Below, in pieces: positions 35,812 to 48,510 of a DNA stretch of 64,000 bases (position 1 is the stretch's first letter; each line of letters opens with the position of its first letter). The notes under the pieces were generated by a model. That model saw only the letters and a program-made list of their open reading frames with translations. It did not search any database and was not told the origin of the DNA. This DNA comes from Pristiophorus japonicus (taxonomy: Eukaryota), in the NCBI RefSeq assembly GCF_044704955.1, contig NC_091977.1, forward strand, positions 193,936,001 to 194,000,000. The letters run 5' to 3'. A program made the translations under genes and the position numbers.

Positions 35812-38800
35812 TCATTCACACTTGCGCATTTCGTTATAGCCCCTTTTACGACGACCGACTCTACAACTACGCCGCAGTGTCTCCCCTGTGGCTGCAGCAT
35901 GACTGTGGGAAGGCTGATCTCTTTCACCCTCAAACGCTACAGATGTTCTTCTAGGTTGCCCTCGACCCGCTCTGGCCCTGGAAGGGCCAGCTTCAGACTG
36001 AGCCGCCTCAGCCTCAGCGCCATCAATCTGGATTGGCTGGGTGCAAGCCATGGCTGGTTGCAATGACAGAGTGGGCAGGGCTGGGATCCAGAATGCTGTC
36101 ACCCTGAGAAGAGAGCACAGCAGGTTCCTGCTCCAATGACCCAGCGCCACTCCCCCGGGGCAGCACTTCAGCATCCCTACCAATCTGCTGGAGCACAGCT
36201 GAGTGGGCTGCTGCGACACTGTGAGATCCCCAGTGGACTGTGGGTGGGCCCAGCAGCGATGGCAGCAGTCAGAGCTCACGTGGCATCAAGCTGAGACTGC
36301 ATGAGAGCAGACACACTCAATGTCACCATCCACTGACTGTATGACAGCAGTAAGACTCTGTGTGGCCTCTTGCTGAGACTGAGTGACAGCAGTCTGAGCT
36401 TCCATACCAGCGGCCATCCTCTCCATTACAGCACTAAGATGTTGGGTTGCTTCCGCTTGTGCTGCAGTAGCAGCTGCCACATCGCCCATGACACACATCG
36501 TGAGATCTGAAGCCGCACGGTCTCTCTAGGAGTCCAACATCGTCTGCACACTGGCAATGATGGGTTCCATGATGTGTGCAGAGCTGTCTGCAATGCAGGA
36601 GACTCCTCCACATTCCTGACCACTTGCAACAGGCTCTCGGGCACCCTTGCCATTGCCCCTAGCATCTCCGAGTGCATGGCCAGCACCCTTTGTTCGAACA
36701 CCTCCACATCAAGGTGCTCATCTGAGTCCTGTCCAGCAGAACTCACATGCAAGCTCGCCCTCCGGAGAGCTGGCTCCTGAGGTTCCCTTTGCCCTACACT
36801 ATGCTGCAACTCGCTAGGTCCCAGTGCATCACCCAGTGCAGACCCATTTTCTAAGCTAAACTGCAAAGAACACGTATTCCCAGTATCTGAGCTTGTGCAT
36901 AGGAGAGTAAGAAGCAGTGACGCGATGCTTGGAGCTGTCTCTCCCTCGGCATCCTCCTCCCCCCCCACATTTGGTCACTGTTGTCACTTGGCCAAGGGGG
37001 TTGAGGCACAGGCTGGTCCTTCTCCAGGGCATCATCTGCAAGCATAAATGGAACAAAAGTGGCGTAAGAGTGAGGGAGGGGGGTGCAGCATACAGCATGC
37101 AGCAACCAAGGTGCACACATTGCTGACCATGTTACTGTAGGTGTTTGTGCAAGTTATGGACAGGTGGCATTAAAGGAAGGCCTTGACTTACCACTGCTGC
37201 CCCCTGGGCAGACAACCTGTGGCCCCATCAGCTGCAATACCCTTTCCTCCACATTGGTTAGCTGCTACAGTTCAGTCTCTCCACCTTCAGTTCTCTGCTG
37301 CTCCCTACGGTTATGTGCCATCTTGGCCTACAAAGCAAAGAAAGGTTGGTGAGTAGCAGTCCAGTTAGGCATGTGGAATTAATGGATGTGTGCATTGGTT
37401 TAAATTAAGAGCCGGGATTAAAAATTAAACATTAGTAACTTCAAAACTTAATTAATTAAATAAAATACATTAGAGATGGCAGGGAAGGCGAGCTGTCACT
37501 GCTGTTGCATGTGGGAGCTGGTGGACACCATTGAGGCCCACGGCGACCACATCTGCAGTAAGTGTTAGCAGCTCAAGGAACTTCGGCTCCCTGTTGATGA
37601 GCTTCAGTCTGAGCTTCAAATACTGCGACACATCAGGGAGGGGGAGAGTTACCTGGACACTGTGTTCCAGCAGATAGTCACATCCCTTAAGTTACATAAT
37701 TCAAATCTGGTCCGTGGTCAGGGACAGGAGGGTGTGACTACGAGTGAGGCAAGTATGGGGACCCAGGAGGTAGTGATTGAGGAGCCTCGGCCCTTGCTCT
37801 TGTCCAACAGATTCGAGGCTCTTACTCCCTGTGTGGACGAGAGCCGGGACTGCAGGGAAGATGAGCAAACTGACCACAGCACCATGGTATAGGGGGCCAT
37901 TCAAGTTGGAGAAGTAAAAAGAAATGTGGTAGTGATAGGGGACAGTATAGTTAGGGGGATAGATACTGTTCTCTGCAGCCGAGAGCGTGAGTCCCGAAGG
38001 CTGTGTTGCCTACCCAGTGCCAGGGTGAAGGACATCTCCTCTGGGCTGGAGAGGAGCTTGGAGTGGGAGGGGAAAGATCCATTTGTCGTGGTCCACGTAG
38101 GTACCAATGACATAGGCAGGACAAACAAAGAGGTTCTGCTGAGGGAGTATGAGCAGCTAGGGACTAAATTAAAAAGCAGAACCACAAAAGTAACAATCTC
38201 TGGATCACTACCTGAGCCACGAGCAAATTTGCATAGGGTAAATACGATCAGAGAAATGAATGCATGCGTGGGAGGAATGGTTTTCAATTCATGGGGCACT
38301 GGCACCAGTACTGGGATAGGAGGGAGCTGTTCCATCGGGACAGACTTCATTTGAACCAGACTGGGGCCAGTGTCCTGGCGAATCGAATAACTAGAGCTGT
38401 GGATAGGGCTTTAAACTAAATAGTGGGGGAGAGGCGAGGGATTTGGTGAGTAGAAATGTAAAAAGTCAGAGCGAAAGGAGAAGGCAAAAGTGCAGGGTAG
38501 CAATAGGGGTAATGACAACCAGAGTCTGACAGGAAGGGACAGAGTGTATACACAAGACAAAATTAAAAGCTTTATATCTGCATTCGTAACAAGATAGATG
38601 AGTTGACGACACAAATAGAAATAAATGGGTATGATCTGATTGCCATTCCAGAGACGTGGTTGAAAGGTGACCAAGGCTGGAAACTGAATATTCAGGGGTA
38701 TCTGCCATTTCGTAAAGATAGGCAGAAAGGAAAAGGAGGTGGGGTAGCTCTGTTAATAAAGGATGAGATCAGTGCAGTAGTGAGAAATGATATTGGTTCA

Positions 38801-41607
38801 GAAGATCAAGATGTAGAATCAGTTTGGGTAGAGATAAGAAATAATAAGGGAAAGAAGTCACTGGTGGGAGTGGTCTACAGGCCCCCAAACAGTAGCCACA
38901 CTGTAGGACAGAGTATAAATCAAGAAATTATGGAGGCTTGTAAGAAAGGTACGGCAATAATCATGGGCGATTCTAATCTTTATAATGATTGGACAATTCA
39001 AATTGGCAAAGGTAGCCTTGAGCAAGAGTTCATAGAGTGTATGCAGGATGGTTTCTTGGAACAATACGTTGTGAAACCAACCAGGTAGCAGACTATTCTA
39101 GATCTGGTAATGTGTAATGAGTCTGGATTAATTCATGATCTCGTAGTGAAGGATCCTCTTGGGAAGAGTGATCTTGGAATAGTTGAATTTCAAATTCAGT
39201 TTGAAGATGAGAAAGCTAGGTCTCAAACTAGTGTCCTGAACTTAAATAAAGGTAATTACAAAGGTATGAAGGCAGAGTTGGTTAAAGTAGACTTGGAAAA
39301 TATATTAAAGGGTAAGACTGTGGAAAAGCAGGGGCAAACATTTAAGGAGATATTTCATAATACTCAACAAAGATATATTCCACTGAGAAAAAAAGACTCT
39401 TAAATGAAGGATGAACCATCCGTGGCTAACTAAGGAAGTAAAGGATGGTATCAAATTGAAAACAAAGGCATACAATGTTGCGAAGAACAGTGGAAGGCCA
39501 GAGGATTGGGAAATTTTTAGAAACCAGCAAAGAACAACCAAAAAAATGATAAAGGCAAAGAAGACAGCATATAAGAGTAAACTAGCAAGAAATATAAAAA
39601 CAGACAGTAAGAGCTTCTACTGGTATATAAAAAGGAAGCGAGTTGCTAAAGTAAGTGTTAGTCCCTTAGAGGATGAGACTGCAGAATTAATAATGGGAAA
39701 TAGGGAAATGGCGGAGATTTTGAACAAATATTTTGTATCGGTCTTCACAGAAGAAGACACTAAAAACATCCCAATAAATGATAATAAAGGAGCCTGTGGG
39801 GGGAGGGGAGGGGGAGAAACTTAAAACAATCACTTTTATTAGAGATAAAGTACTAGGCAAACTAATGGGACTAAAGGTGGACAAATTCCCTGGACCTGAT
39901 GGTCTGCAACCTAGGGTCTTAAAAGAAGTGGCTGCAGAGATAGTGGATGCATTGGTTGTAATCTACCAAAATTCCCTGGATTCTGGAGAGGTCCCAGCAG
40001 ACTCGAAAACTGCAAATGTAACGTCCCTATTTAAGAAAGGAGACAGGACAGAAAGCAGGAAACTATAGACCAGTTAGCCTAACATCTGTCATTGGGAAAA
40101 TGCTAAAGTCCATTATTAAGCAAGTAGTAGCTGGACATTTAGAAAATCAAAATGCAGTCAAGCAGAGTCAGCATGGTTGAAAGGGAAACCATGTTTGACA
40201 AAGTTGCTGGAGTTCTTTGAGGATGTAACAAGCAGGGTGGATAAAGGGGAACCAGTGGATGTGGTGTATTTGGATTTCCAGAAAGCATTCGATAAGGTGC
40301 CACATAAAAGGTTACTGTACAAGATAAGAGCTCACGGAGCTGGGAGTAATATATTAGCATAGATAGAGGATTGGCTAACAACAGAAAACAGAGAGTCGGG
40401 ATAAATGGGTCATTTTCAGATTGGCAAACTGTAATTAGTGGGGTGCCACAGGGATCAGTGCTGGGGCCTCAACTATTTACAATTTATATTAATGACTTGG
40501 ATGAAGGGACTGAGTGTAATGTAGCCAAATTTTCTGATGATACAAAGATAGGTGGGAAAGCAAGTTGTGAGGAGGACGTGAAGAATCTACAAAGGAATAT
40601 AGATAGGCTCAGAAAGTGGGCAAAAATTTGGCAGATGGAGTATATTGTGGGAAAATGTGAGGTTATCCACTTTGGTAGGAAAAATAAAAAAGCAAATTAC
40701 TATTTAAATGGGGAGAGATTACAAAATGCTGCAGTACAGAGGGATCTGAGAGCTCTTGTACATGAAACACAAAAAATTAGTATGCAGGTACAGCAAGTAA
40801 TCAGGAAGGCAAATGGAATGTTGGCCTTTATTGCAAGGGAGATGGAGTATAAAAGCAGGGAAGTCCTGCTCCAACTGTGCAAGGCATTGGTAAGACCACA
40901 CCTGGAGTACTGCGTACAGTTTTGGTCTTATTTAAGAAAGGAGATACTTGCATTGGAGGCAATTCAGAGAAGGTTCACAAGTTTGATTCCTGAGATGAAG
41001 GGGTTGTCATATGAAGAATGGTTGAGCAAGTTGGGCCTATACTCATTGGAGTTTAGAAGAATGAGATGTGATCTTATTGAAACCTATACGATTCTAAGGG
41101 GCTGGACAGGGTCGATGCAGAGAGGATGTTTCCCCTCATGGAGGAATCCAGAACTAGGGGGCATAGTTTCAGAATAAGGGGTCGCCCATTTAAGACAGAA
41201 ATGAGGAAGAATTTCTTCTCTCAGAGGGTCGTGAATCTTTGGAATTCTCTACCCCAGAGAGCTGTGGAGGCTGGATCATTTAATACACTTAAGGTAGAGA
41301 TAGACAGATTTTTGAATGATAAGGGAGTCAAGGGTTATGGGGATCGGACGGGGAGGTGGAGTTGAGACCAGGATCAGATCAGCCATGATCTTATTGAATG
41401 GCGGAGCAGGCTCAAGGGGCCAAATGGCAGCTCCTGCCTGCTCCTATGTCTAATGTTCTTACAATTGAGGTGGCCGATACCTCTGCGGCTACCTCTGCCC
41501 AAGCATTGCGGAAGACCTGCCAAGAGGCCCCCCACAGCTTGCAGCAGCGTCTCAATTTGGGCATCTGTGAATCTGCTTGCCCTCGTGCTACCTCTTGGAC
41601 TTGCCAT
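35812..41607 (-). pseudogene. Myb/SANT partner gene of the inner Harbinger, split by a CR1 (exon 1 part 41462-41607; exon 2 37192-37327; exon 3 37035-35812)
   Basis: MASPRGSTRASRFTDAQIETLLQAV..NAWAEVAAEVSATSIVR; tag|AKMAHNRREQQRTEGG..LTNVEERVL|gtaagt; cag|DDALE... Confidence 0.8.
37395..41460 (+). mobile_element. Near-full-length decayed CR1 LINE: ORF1 (zinc finger plus SGNH esterase, about 37476-38419), ORF2 (APE endonuclease plus RT, about 38560-41365) and 3' tail
   Basis: CxCCMWE..HICSKC, VVIGDSIVRG and VVHVGTNDIG in ORF1. ETWL, GGGVAL, VYRPP, MGD, YLDFQKAFDKVPH, GVPQGSVLGP and DDTK in ORF2. Many stops and frameshifts. Confidence 0.93.
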
Positions 41608-42939
41608 TTTACCACATGAGACAAAACAAACAGCAATTGTACTGATCAGAATGACCAGTACCTACCTGAAATACCTGCCCTTTAAGAAGGCCAGGAAGCA
41701 GCTGCCTCATTATGAGTGAATGCGATTCAGGTGAAATTGGATCCTCAGCCGGTGATCCCACCCCTACACCGCTCCACAGAGGCCTTTTCTACCCCCAACA
41801 CCGCCACGTTCATTTTTGCATTCAAAAGTGCCCAAAATCGCTCTATTCCCCGCCCCATCGATCCCGGCAGTAATTCACCATTTAATTCGAATTATCCGCC
41901 CCAAACAGGGCAGAAGACAATTTCAGCCCCTTGATTTTTAGAGTGGGAGTGCAGTCGGCTCCAACAAGCCCACTTCCGGGTTTAATGGAGGCGTATTTGG
42001 ATGCTGGCAAGAAAACCACTGGCCAAAGTCGGGGAATTCCTAATTGAATGTGGGTGGGTACATGGTGGCGCATTTAATGTCCATCAGAGCCGTTAATGAT
42101 GTATTTTAAAATTGTTTTAAATTTAGCTCTAAATTTTTCTTGAGCAGGACGGATTTCCCAGAGCTCAGGAAACTGACCAGGGAAACGGAGGGGAGTTTGA
42201 GCAGCAGTTCAGTTGGGTATTTAAACTTGTCATTGCCCCATTTGACTAAAACCGCTTATTGCAGCTGCTGTCTCAGTTCCCTTTGGCAAATCTTTGGCAG
42301 AAACTATTTGTCTGGATACAGCTTTTTTCAACCTTTTTGAGGATTTCGAATTGATAAGATCAGGATGGGAGGCTACCTTGGATGCGTTTGACAGCGCATC
42401 AGAAGAGGAAGACCATCACCATCCCCGGCAGCGATGACATGCTGTGGTGGGATCAGCACGTGCACAGGAGAGAGATTTGCAGGTGGAGGAGGATGAAGGG
42501 GCTCATCTTCGGATGAGGAGGAGGACGATGAAGATGGGGCACCCATTGCCCGACCAGCCGCTTACATTGCTGCCAGGGATACCCTTGTATTCTGATGGTC
42601 CACCTAGTTTGAATTCTAACAAATGAAATTCTGCGGTCCGCTCCCACCACCAGCACCTATCCCCCCCACCCGCAGCCCCCCCCTCCCCCCCCACTTTGCA
42701 CTAAACAGTCCTTCAATCACTCATCCACCCATTTCACATCTGCCCAATGGATCCTGGCATGTATTGACACTCATCATGAGATAAGTGAAAGGGCAAGCTG
42801 GCCCTCAGGATGCAACAATGAGCAAGACGTGGATGTGGTGCAAATTCTTACATTTTATGTGGTATTTTTTTTAAAGGAAACTTAACAGCATAATGTTTTG
42901 ATAAACATTCACAAGCATATGCACCCTTAGTGAAGTACA

Positions 42940-44675
42940 ATGTCTTCAACTTATGCTTCCTACCTCTTGTATGTGGTGCATTCCATGGCACATCCTTCAG
43001 CAGAGGTAGGGACAGGCTGCTCAGATCTCTGCCCTGACTGCTTTGGCCAACTCACTCTGTGTTTTGGAGCCCCTCAGGGTCCCGCCAATGACTGCTCCAA
43101 CTGTGCAGGGGCAGACTCGGCCATCCGGAGACGAGGCATCATGTCGGGTACTGGCTAAGGTGGAGGGGTGAGGGTCAGTGGTGCAACGAGTGATAATTGG
43201 GAGTGCTTTGAGTGGAGTTCCCACTTCCACGTGCTCTTTTGCCATCACCCCTCTTCTGGGCCAGCGCCACATCACTCCAACCACTCTGCTGCAGACCAGC
43301 TTGGTGGAGATCAGTGAAGTGTTGTAAGGCCACGGATAAGGCATGTGACATCCTGTTTAAGGCAGCAGACAAGTTGGCATCCAAAGTCTGCACGCTCACA
43401 GTCCTGGCCCGCATGGACACATTTGAGAGCTGTGCTTGGAAGCTCCATGGAGGCGACCACTCTCTCCATGGCACACATTCTCGCAAATCCCTGCGCCACC
43501 AATGCTCTAGTGATCGAGTTGGACTCCTCCATTCTCTCCGTTAGTGTGGAGAGTGTGCATGCTATGTCCGTCAGTACCTGACTAAGTTGCTGATGCACCT
43601 CTAGCATTCTCCTTCTCAGCAATAGCCCCCAAGGTTCAGCAACTATGTCCAGCTGAGCAGAGCTTGGTGATGTTTGCGCCCCCGATGCAGAATCTCCACA
43701 GTTGTCCCTGCCAGCAGTGTTTGCTCGTGCTCACTTGCGAGGTGTGAATCACCAGGTGAAAACCCAATTAACTAAGTGGACCCACTGAAGAGCGAGTATT
43801 TGCGCTGGTACATGGCTGTACATCCTGTGACGGTGTACCCTCAGAAGGAATGAAGGCCCTGGAAGACACAAGAAAGAGATATGATTTAGTCGTGGCAAAG
43901 TCACAATCTTGACAATCACCATAGTTCAGTCATTGATGAAATTAAGTCCGCATGTGTGTCAGAGGTATTTGTAATTCTGTCACCAGCTGTGTGCGAGCTC
44001 CCTGTCTCTCTATCTCTGATTGAGAAGGACGTAGATGTGCCACTTATCTCCAGAGCATCCTATTCAGCATTATTTGCTGAACTATTTGTGGCAGCTCACC
44101 TCCAGTCCTTGTTCTCTCCCTTTCGCTTGCATTTTGCACTCTCTTCTACAAGGGGCAAAAAAACAGACCTGTGAGTGAGTGAAGGGTACCAATGGATCAG
44201 TGTCCTCGGTGAGGGTTACTATGAGACACATGTAGCACGTTGTTATAAGGAAGGATTGGGATAAATAGCAATGGGTGGATGGAGGTGATAAAAGTTGAGT
44301 GGGTGTGAGGAATTATGGAGAAGACTTAGCAAAGCAGAGTGAAGTGGGAGGTGAGACGGGGGGTGGGGTGCTTAAAGCACAGGATGTAGTTGAATCAGCA
44401 AATAAACTCACTTTTTCTGACCTGGTTAGGTTATTAAACCACTTCCTACATTGCATCCATGACCTGGGCACAATGTTTCTGATGCTCATCTCCTCAACTA
44501 CCTCCAACCATGTCTTCTTGGTGAAAGCCGCAGATTTCTTTCTCCCATTGCTGGGGAAAAGTATGTCCCTCCTCCTCCTGACTGCACCCAGCAGTAATTT
44601 CAACGAGGCATAATCAAATTTGGATACTACCCTTGTTCCATGTCCACCATCCATCCTGAACACCTCAATTTCCAT
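42940..44675 (-). pseudogene. Myb/SANT partner gene of the outer Harbinger (exons about 44675-44412, 44145-43985, 43858-42940)
   Basis: SKFDYASLKLLLGAVRRRRDILFPSNGRKK..TWLEVVEEMS..RSWMQCRKWFNNLTRSEK|gtgagt; tag|KRVQN..RTGG. Confidence 0.8.
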
Positions 44676-45361
44676 TTGTGGACTGTCCCTTTAAATACAG
44701 CTGAACTTGTGTCATGCGGGTGCGCATCACGCCCGCTGCAGAGCTTGGAGACGCGAAACCCGGAAGTCCAAATTAATTGGTACAATTGAGTTGAGATTGC
44801 AGATTCTGACTGGCTCAGTTGACCTCCGGGTTCCTCCCACGCAGTTCCACCCCCGCTGTACAGAAGCTGCATTTAGATTAATATCAGGAATCTGGTGTCG
44901 GCATTAAGCACCCACCAGTCAGGTATAGCGTAGCCAGCTGCAGTGGAAATCCGCTGCCCTAATAATATGCCAATGCTTTAACTCCAACATTGGAAGAGCG
45001 CCCAATACCATATTATTGTTACTTTTTTTTCACTTTCCACACCTTTGAGAGTAATGCTTTAAGAGAGATTGTCAGTTTAGTGTTTTCATGAGTCTGTCCA
45101 AACTCATTTCATGGAGAGTTCTTGCAGCCAATAGAGAGAAGAAACTTTATTTGAACCCAGGCCTCAGAGGTAACAAGCCAGTGTGTTAACCCACAGCACC
45201 ACCCAGTCCCATTGCAAAAACAAATTTGGTTTCAAAAAGTCGTATTAAAATGTCACATGATCTAAATAGCACTTGACATTCTTTTCTTATTTAAAAAGCT
45301 GTTTTAAGTATGTCTTGTCAAGAAGATTGAACACTCCACAGTTAGATATTGAAGATATTAG

Positions 45362-45505
45362 CACTGTGGGAGTACCTTCACCACATGGACTGCAGCGGTT
45401 TAAGAAGGTGGCTCACCACCATCACCTTCTCAAGGGCAATTAGGGATGGGCAATAAATGCTGGCCTTGCCAGTGACACCCATGTCCCAGAACGAATAGAA
45501 AAAAA
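45362..45505 (+). mobile_element. 3' end of the LINE family seen at 13478
   Basis: CACTGTGGGAGTACCT..CTCAAGGGCAATTAGGGATGGGCAATAAATGCTGGCCTTGCCAG followed by an A-rich end. Confidence 0.7.
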
Positions 45506-46324
45506 GGAGCTTTTTTAAAGGAGCACTGTGCTTTAATTTCTATTGTTGACAGTACAATCCACAATCTGCACATAAAATAGGGATTAAATTATATATATTT
45601 TTGATTTTACAGAAATACAAGGCTAGTTGGTACAATGGGTTATCCCACATTCTCTCTTTACCTCTGGGACTTGTCCTAATAGCCAGTCCAGCCAGATGGG
45701 AAGATAATTTTCTCCTCCAACCAGCTACAGTTTCCATGTGAAATGGGATTTGGGCAGTCTTAACCCAACTCCTAATTGGTACAAGCCCACAGCACAGGAC
45801 TACTCACAATTAGCCAGAAGGTTGGCTGGTGTGGAAAATGAGCCTATTCACATCAGTATAGTAGTGGACGCTTCTCTGAGACATGTCATTGGAGGAGAGT
45901 AGAGGGAGCTTTACTTTGTATCTGGGTGATAGGATATATGACGCAGGAATGCCTGAGGCTGACGTGCAATGCTACAGTGAAGCTGCATTGACATCCCGAT
46001 CTGGATGAGCACAAAAGGTCATCTAAAAAGCAAGTAAATGTCCTTTCTACCCTGTATTGGTAGCATTTTGAATTTGAGCAGACTGGACTGGCTCAAACTG
46101 GTCTTGTCTCCCAGATAGCACATAATACACAGAACATTGCAACAGATTCACTGTCATGCCATTCAGACTGGCCTTTTAATACAGTAAGGAGGGGCAAAGA
46201 TCAGTTGAGTTAGAGTACAGCTGCACAATTACTCTTCAATTTACTAATGTACCGTATAGTACACTTCAGTTAGATTTATTACAGTTGATTCATTACTATG
46301 AGCTGCAGCTGTAAATAAAATCAA

Positions 46325-47081
46325 GGGGGCGAAATTGGCTATCGCCCCAGTTGGGGGCGGTAACCTCTCCGGGCTGGACATTCTACGCTCGGCGCAGAAG
46401 TCCCGCTCCGGAAGCGAAATTCGGGTTACCGCCCCTCACAGGAAGTGGAGCGCAATGTTGCACGTTCCACTTCCTCTCGGGGAGAGATCGCGGGCGCTAC
46501 CCGGGCACATTGTGGAGTGCTGCACGGCCTCTCCATGTAGTATTGGCGCATTTCAATGCCCCGCCCCTTCAGCTAAAGGGGAGGGAAGCTGCGAGCTCTG
46601 CGGGCCCTTTAATGATCTCCACTGGGCCACCAGGGATGAGGGGTGCTGTGGTCGCAGCTCAGCATTGAAACAGAGTGCCGGGTGGTAGGCTCACGGCTCG
46701 GACCACACGCAAGCATAGCATAACGGCCTGACCGGTGAGTCGGGGAAGAAACAAAAATGGCAGCACACCTCCCCTTTAAGTTTCACCCCGCGATGGATGT
46801 GTAGCTCAGTTTGTGAACCACGAGGCAGCCTCGTGGGGCACTGCCCAATTTCCACCACGGGCCGTAAAGGGGCTGCCGCATACGACGATGACGTCATCGC
46901 CGGAAGCACAGCGAACCGGGGCACTACCAGCGGGTGTAGCCCTGCTACATTTGCGCCTCCGCTAACTCCCACGCAATTTTGTGGGAGCCAGTGGCACTCT
47001 TTTCTTCCACCCGGGTGAAAACAGTTTTGCGCCCCCCTGGAGGCGCTAACGGGAGGCGTACAACGAGGGAATTTCGGCCCC
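46325..47081. mobile_element. Harbinger-type MITE (757 bp, GC/CpG-rich)
   Basis: TIRs GGGGGCGAAATT and (reverse complement) GGGGCCGAAATT, with a perfect TSD CAA at 46322-46324 and 47082-47084. Confidence 0.88.
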
Positions 47082-47217
47082 CAATTATCAGTTTGAAGCC
47101 CATGGGAGACTCAAACACATGAGTTGTACCAATATTACTAACCTTATATTTTTCAGAAGATTTTAACAATCCAACACTGTGAATAATCTTTGATCTATTC
47201 TTTTTTGTTATACCTAG

Positions 47218-47354
47218 TCTATTGCAGGATTTGCACACAGCTGCTTCCAGTATGCCCTAAATAAGAAATGGCCCCTTTATATGAGCACCAAAAACACCAT
47301 TATGAAGGCTTATGATGGACGGTTTAAGGACATTTTCCAGGATATTTTTGAGCT
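47218..47354 (+). CDS. IDH2: IDH2 exon equivalent to exon 6 (missed by the ORF track)
   Basis: cctag|[47 protein letters not shown]|gtaagt; 137 bp. Contains the catalytic Lys (STKNT, human K251). Confidence 0.96.
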
Positions 47355-48029
47355 GTAAGTTTTCCTCTAATCCTGATGAAAGAAATCTTATCCTGCAATC
47401 TAACTAGTTAAATGCAAGTTGTTGAATGTGTTTTGTTGGATTGTGGTTGGTGTTGGTGGTGCTGGTTGTCATTAGATCATGGTAATGTTAATGGTTCGTT
47501 GTTACTTTTGTTCAGTCTAACCCTTCAAGTACTTTACTTTTTCCCCATCCTCCCTTACCAAAGGATAATATGGAGAATAAGATTGATCTTTGTACCACAC
47601 ACAATGTAGCCTTCTGGATTTCTATCAAGTTGTACAGACTCTCTAGAGAGTAAGCAGCTTTCCTTTTGTTTAAGGCTCTGATTTAAAAATGAGATAACTT
47701 CAGCAAGGTATTTTAAAGGGAGCAATCTGCTCAATTATTGCTTTATTGGTTAGAGACATGAAAAGCAACAAGAACTGCCACAAAGATGGAAGTGAAACGA
47801 CTCAACTGGTCTTGCCAATTTCAGGCAAGTTCCCTGGGGGATAAGCTTTGTCCTGCCAAAACTGTGTTTGATCTGATTTGCCAACATGGTATTTAAAATA
47901 TCACAATGACTGGTTGCTACTTCTAATTTTAGAGAAAATGGCATACCTTGTATGATTTGCACTTTATTGATGATTCACCTTTTATAAAACTGGTATTTTG
48001 CCTTGTGCCAGTTCTCGTATTCATATCAC

Positions 48030-48510
48030 AAGACTATAAGGATGAGGAAAACTATTCAACCCATCTTGATTAATCCATCCAAAAATATCTTAGAGCCCCC
48101 TTTCCCCCCATATAGCATCCAATTGTCTTTTTATATGATTGCAGGAATCTCACCTCCATTACTTTATCTGGAATTCTGTTCCACATGTTGATCACTCTGT
48201 GTGTGTAAATGAACATTTCCTGGTATCACTCCTAAAATTATCTTTTACTAGTTTGAATCTAGGTTCCTTTGTTTGTCTCTTACATGGGAGACTCAAACAC
48301 ATGGAACATTAATTTAAAACAATATTCCAAGTTTATTTTCTTCATTCCCTTAAATATCATATGTGCCACTATGCAGTCATCTCTTTTCCAGGTTGAAATG
48401 CCCATATTTCTTTAGACTTTCCTCATAACTCAAAGCTTTGGCTCTAGGGATTAGATTTGTGGCTCTTCTCTGCACTGCTTCGAGCACTTGAATGCCTCCA
48501 TTGTGTCTTG
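48030..48510 (-). mobile_element. Ancient CR1 3' remnant
   Basis: Degenerate ..AVQRRATNLIP..YEE and RVINMWN..LP-like sequence on the minus strand. A similar remnant lies at about 49500-50070. Confidence 0.45.

Larger units (their letters stand above)
32398..41930. mobile_element. Inner two-gene Harbinger (transposase +, Myb -) carrying secondary insertions
   Basis: TIRs GGGGCCGAAATTG and (reverse complement) GGGGCTGAAATTG, with a perfect TSD TTG at 32395-32397 and 41931-41933. Confidence 0.92.
32339..44959. mobile_element. Outer, older Harbinger (32339-32397 plus 41931 to about 44959) with an internally deleted transposase (+, about 42364-42607) and a Myb gene (-)
   Basis: The + remnant joins an N-terminal acidic/His stretch to a typical transposase C-terminus (EEDDEDGAPIARPAAYIAARDTL). 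A convergent spliced Myb gene follows. The termini are degenerate, so the outer limits are uncertain. Confidence 0.6.

Noticed and set aside
46325-47081. CpG-island promoter of a host gene
   Set aside because: The GC/CpG-rich segment coincides exactly with a TIR- and TSD-bounded MITE. The same applies to 8142-8400, 10930-11252 and 53340-53930.
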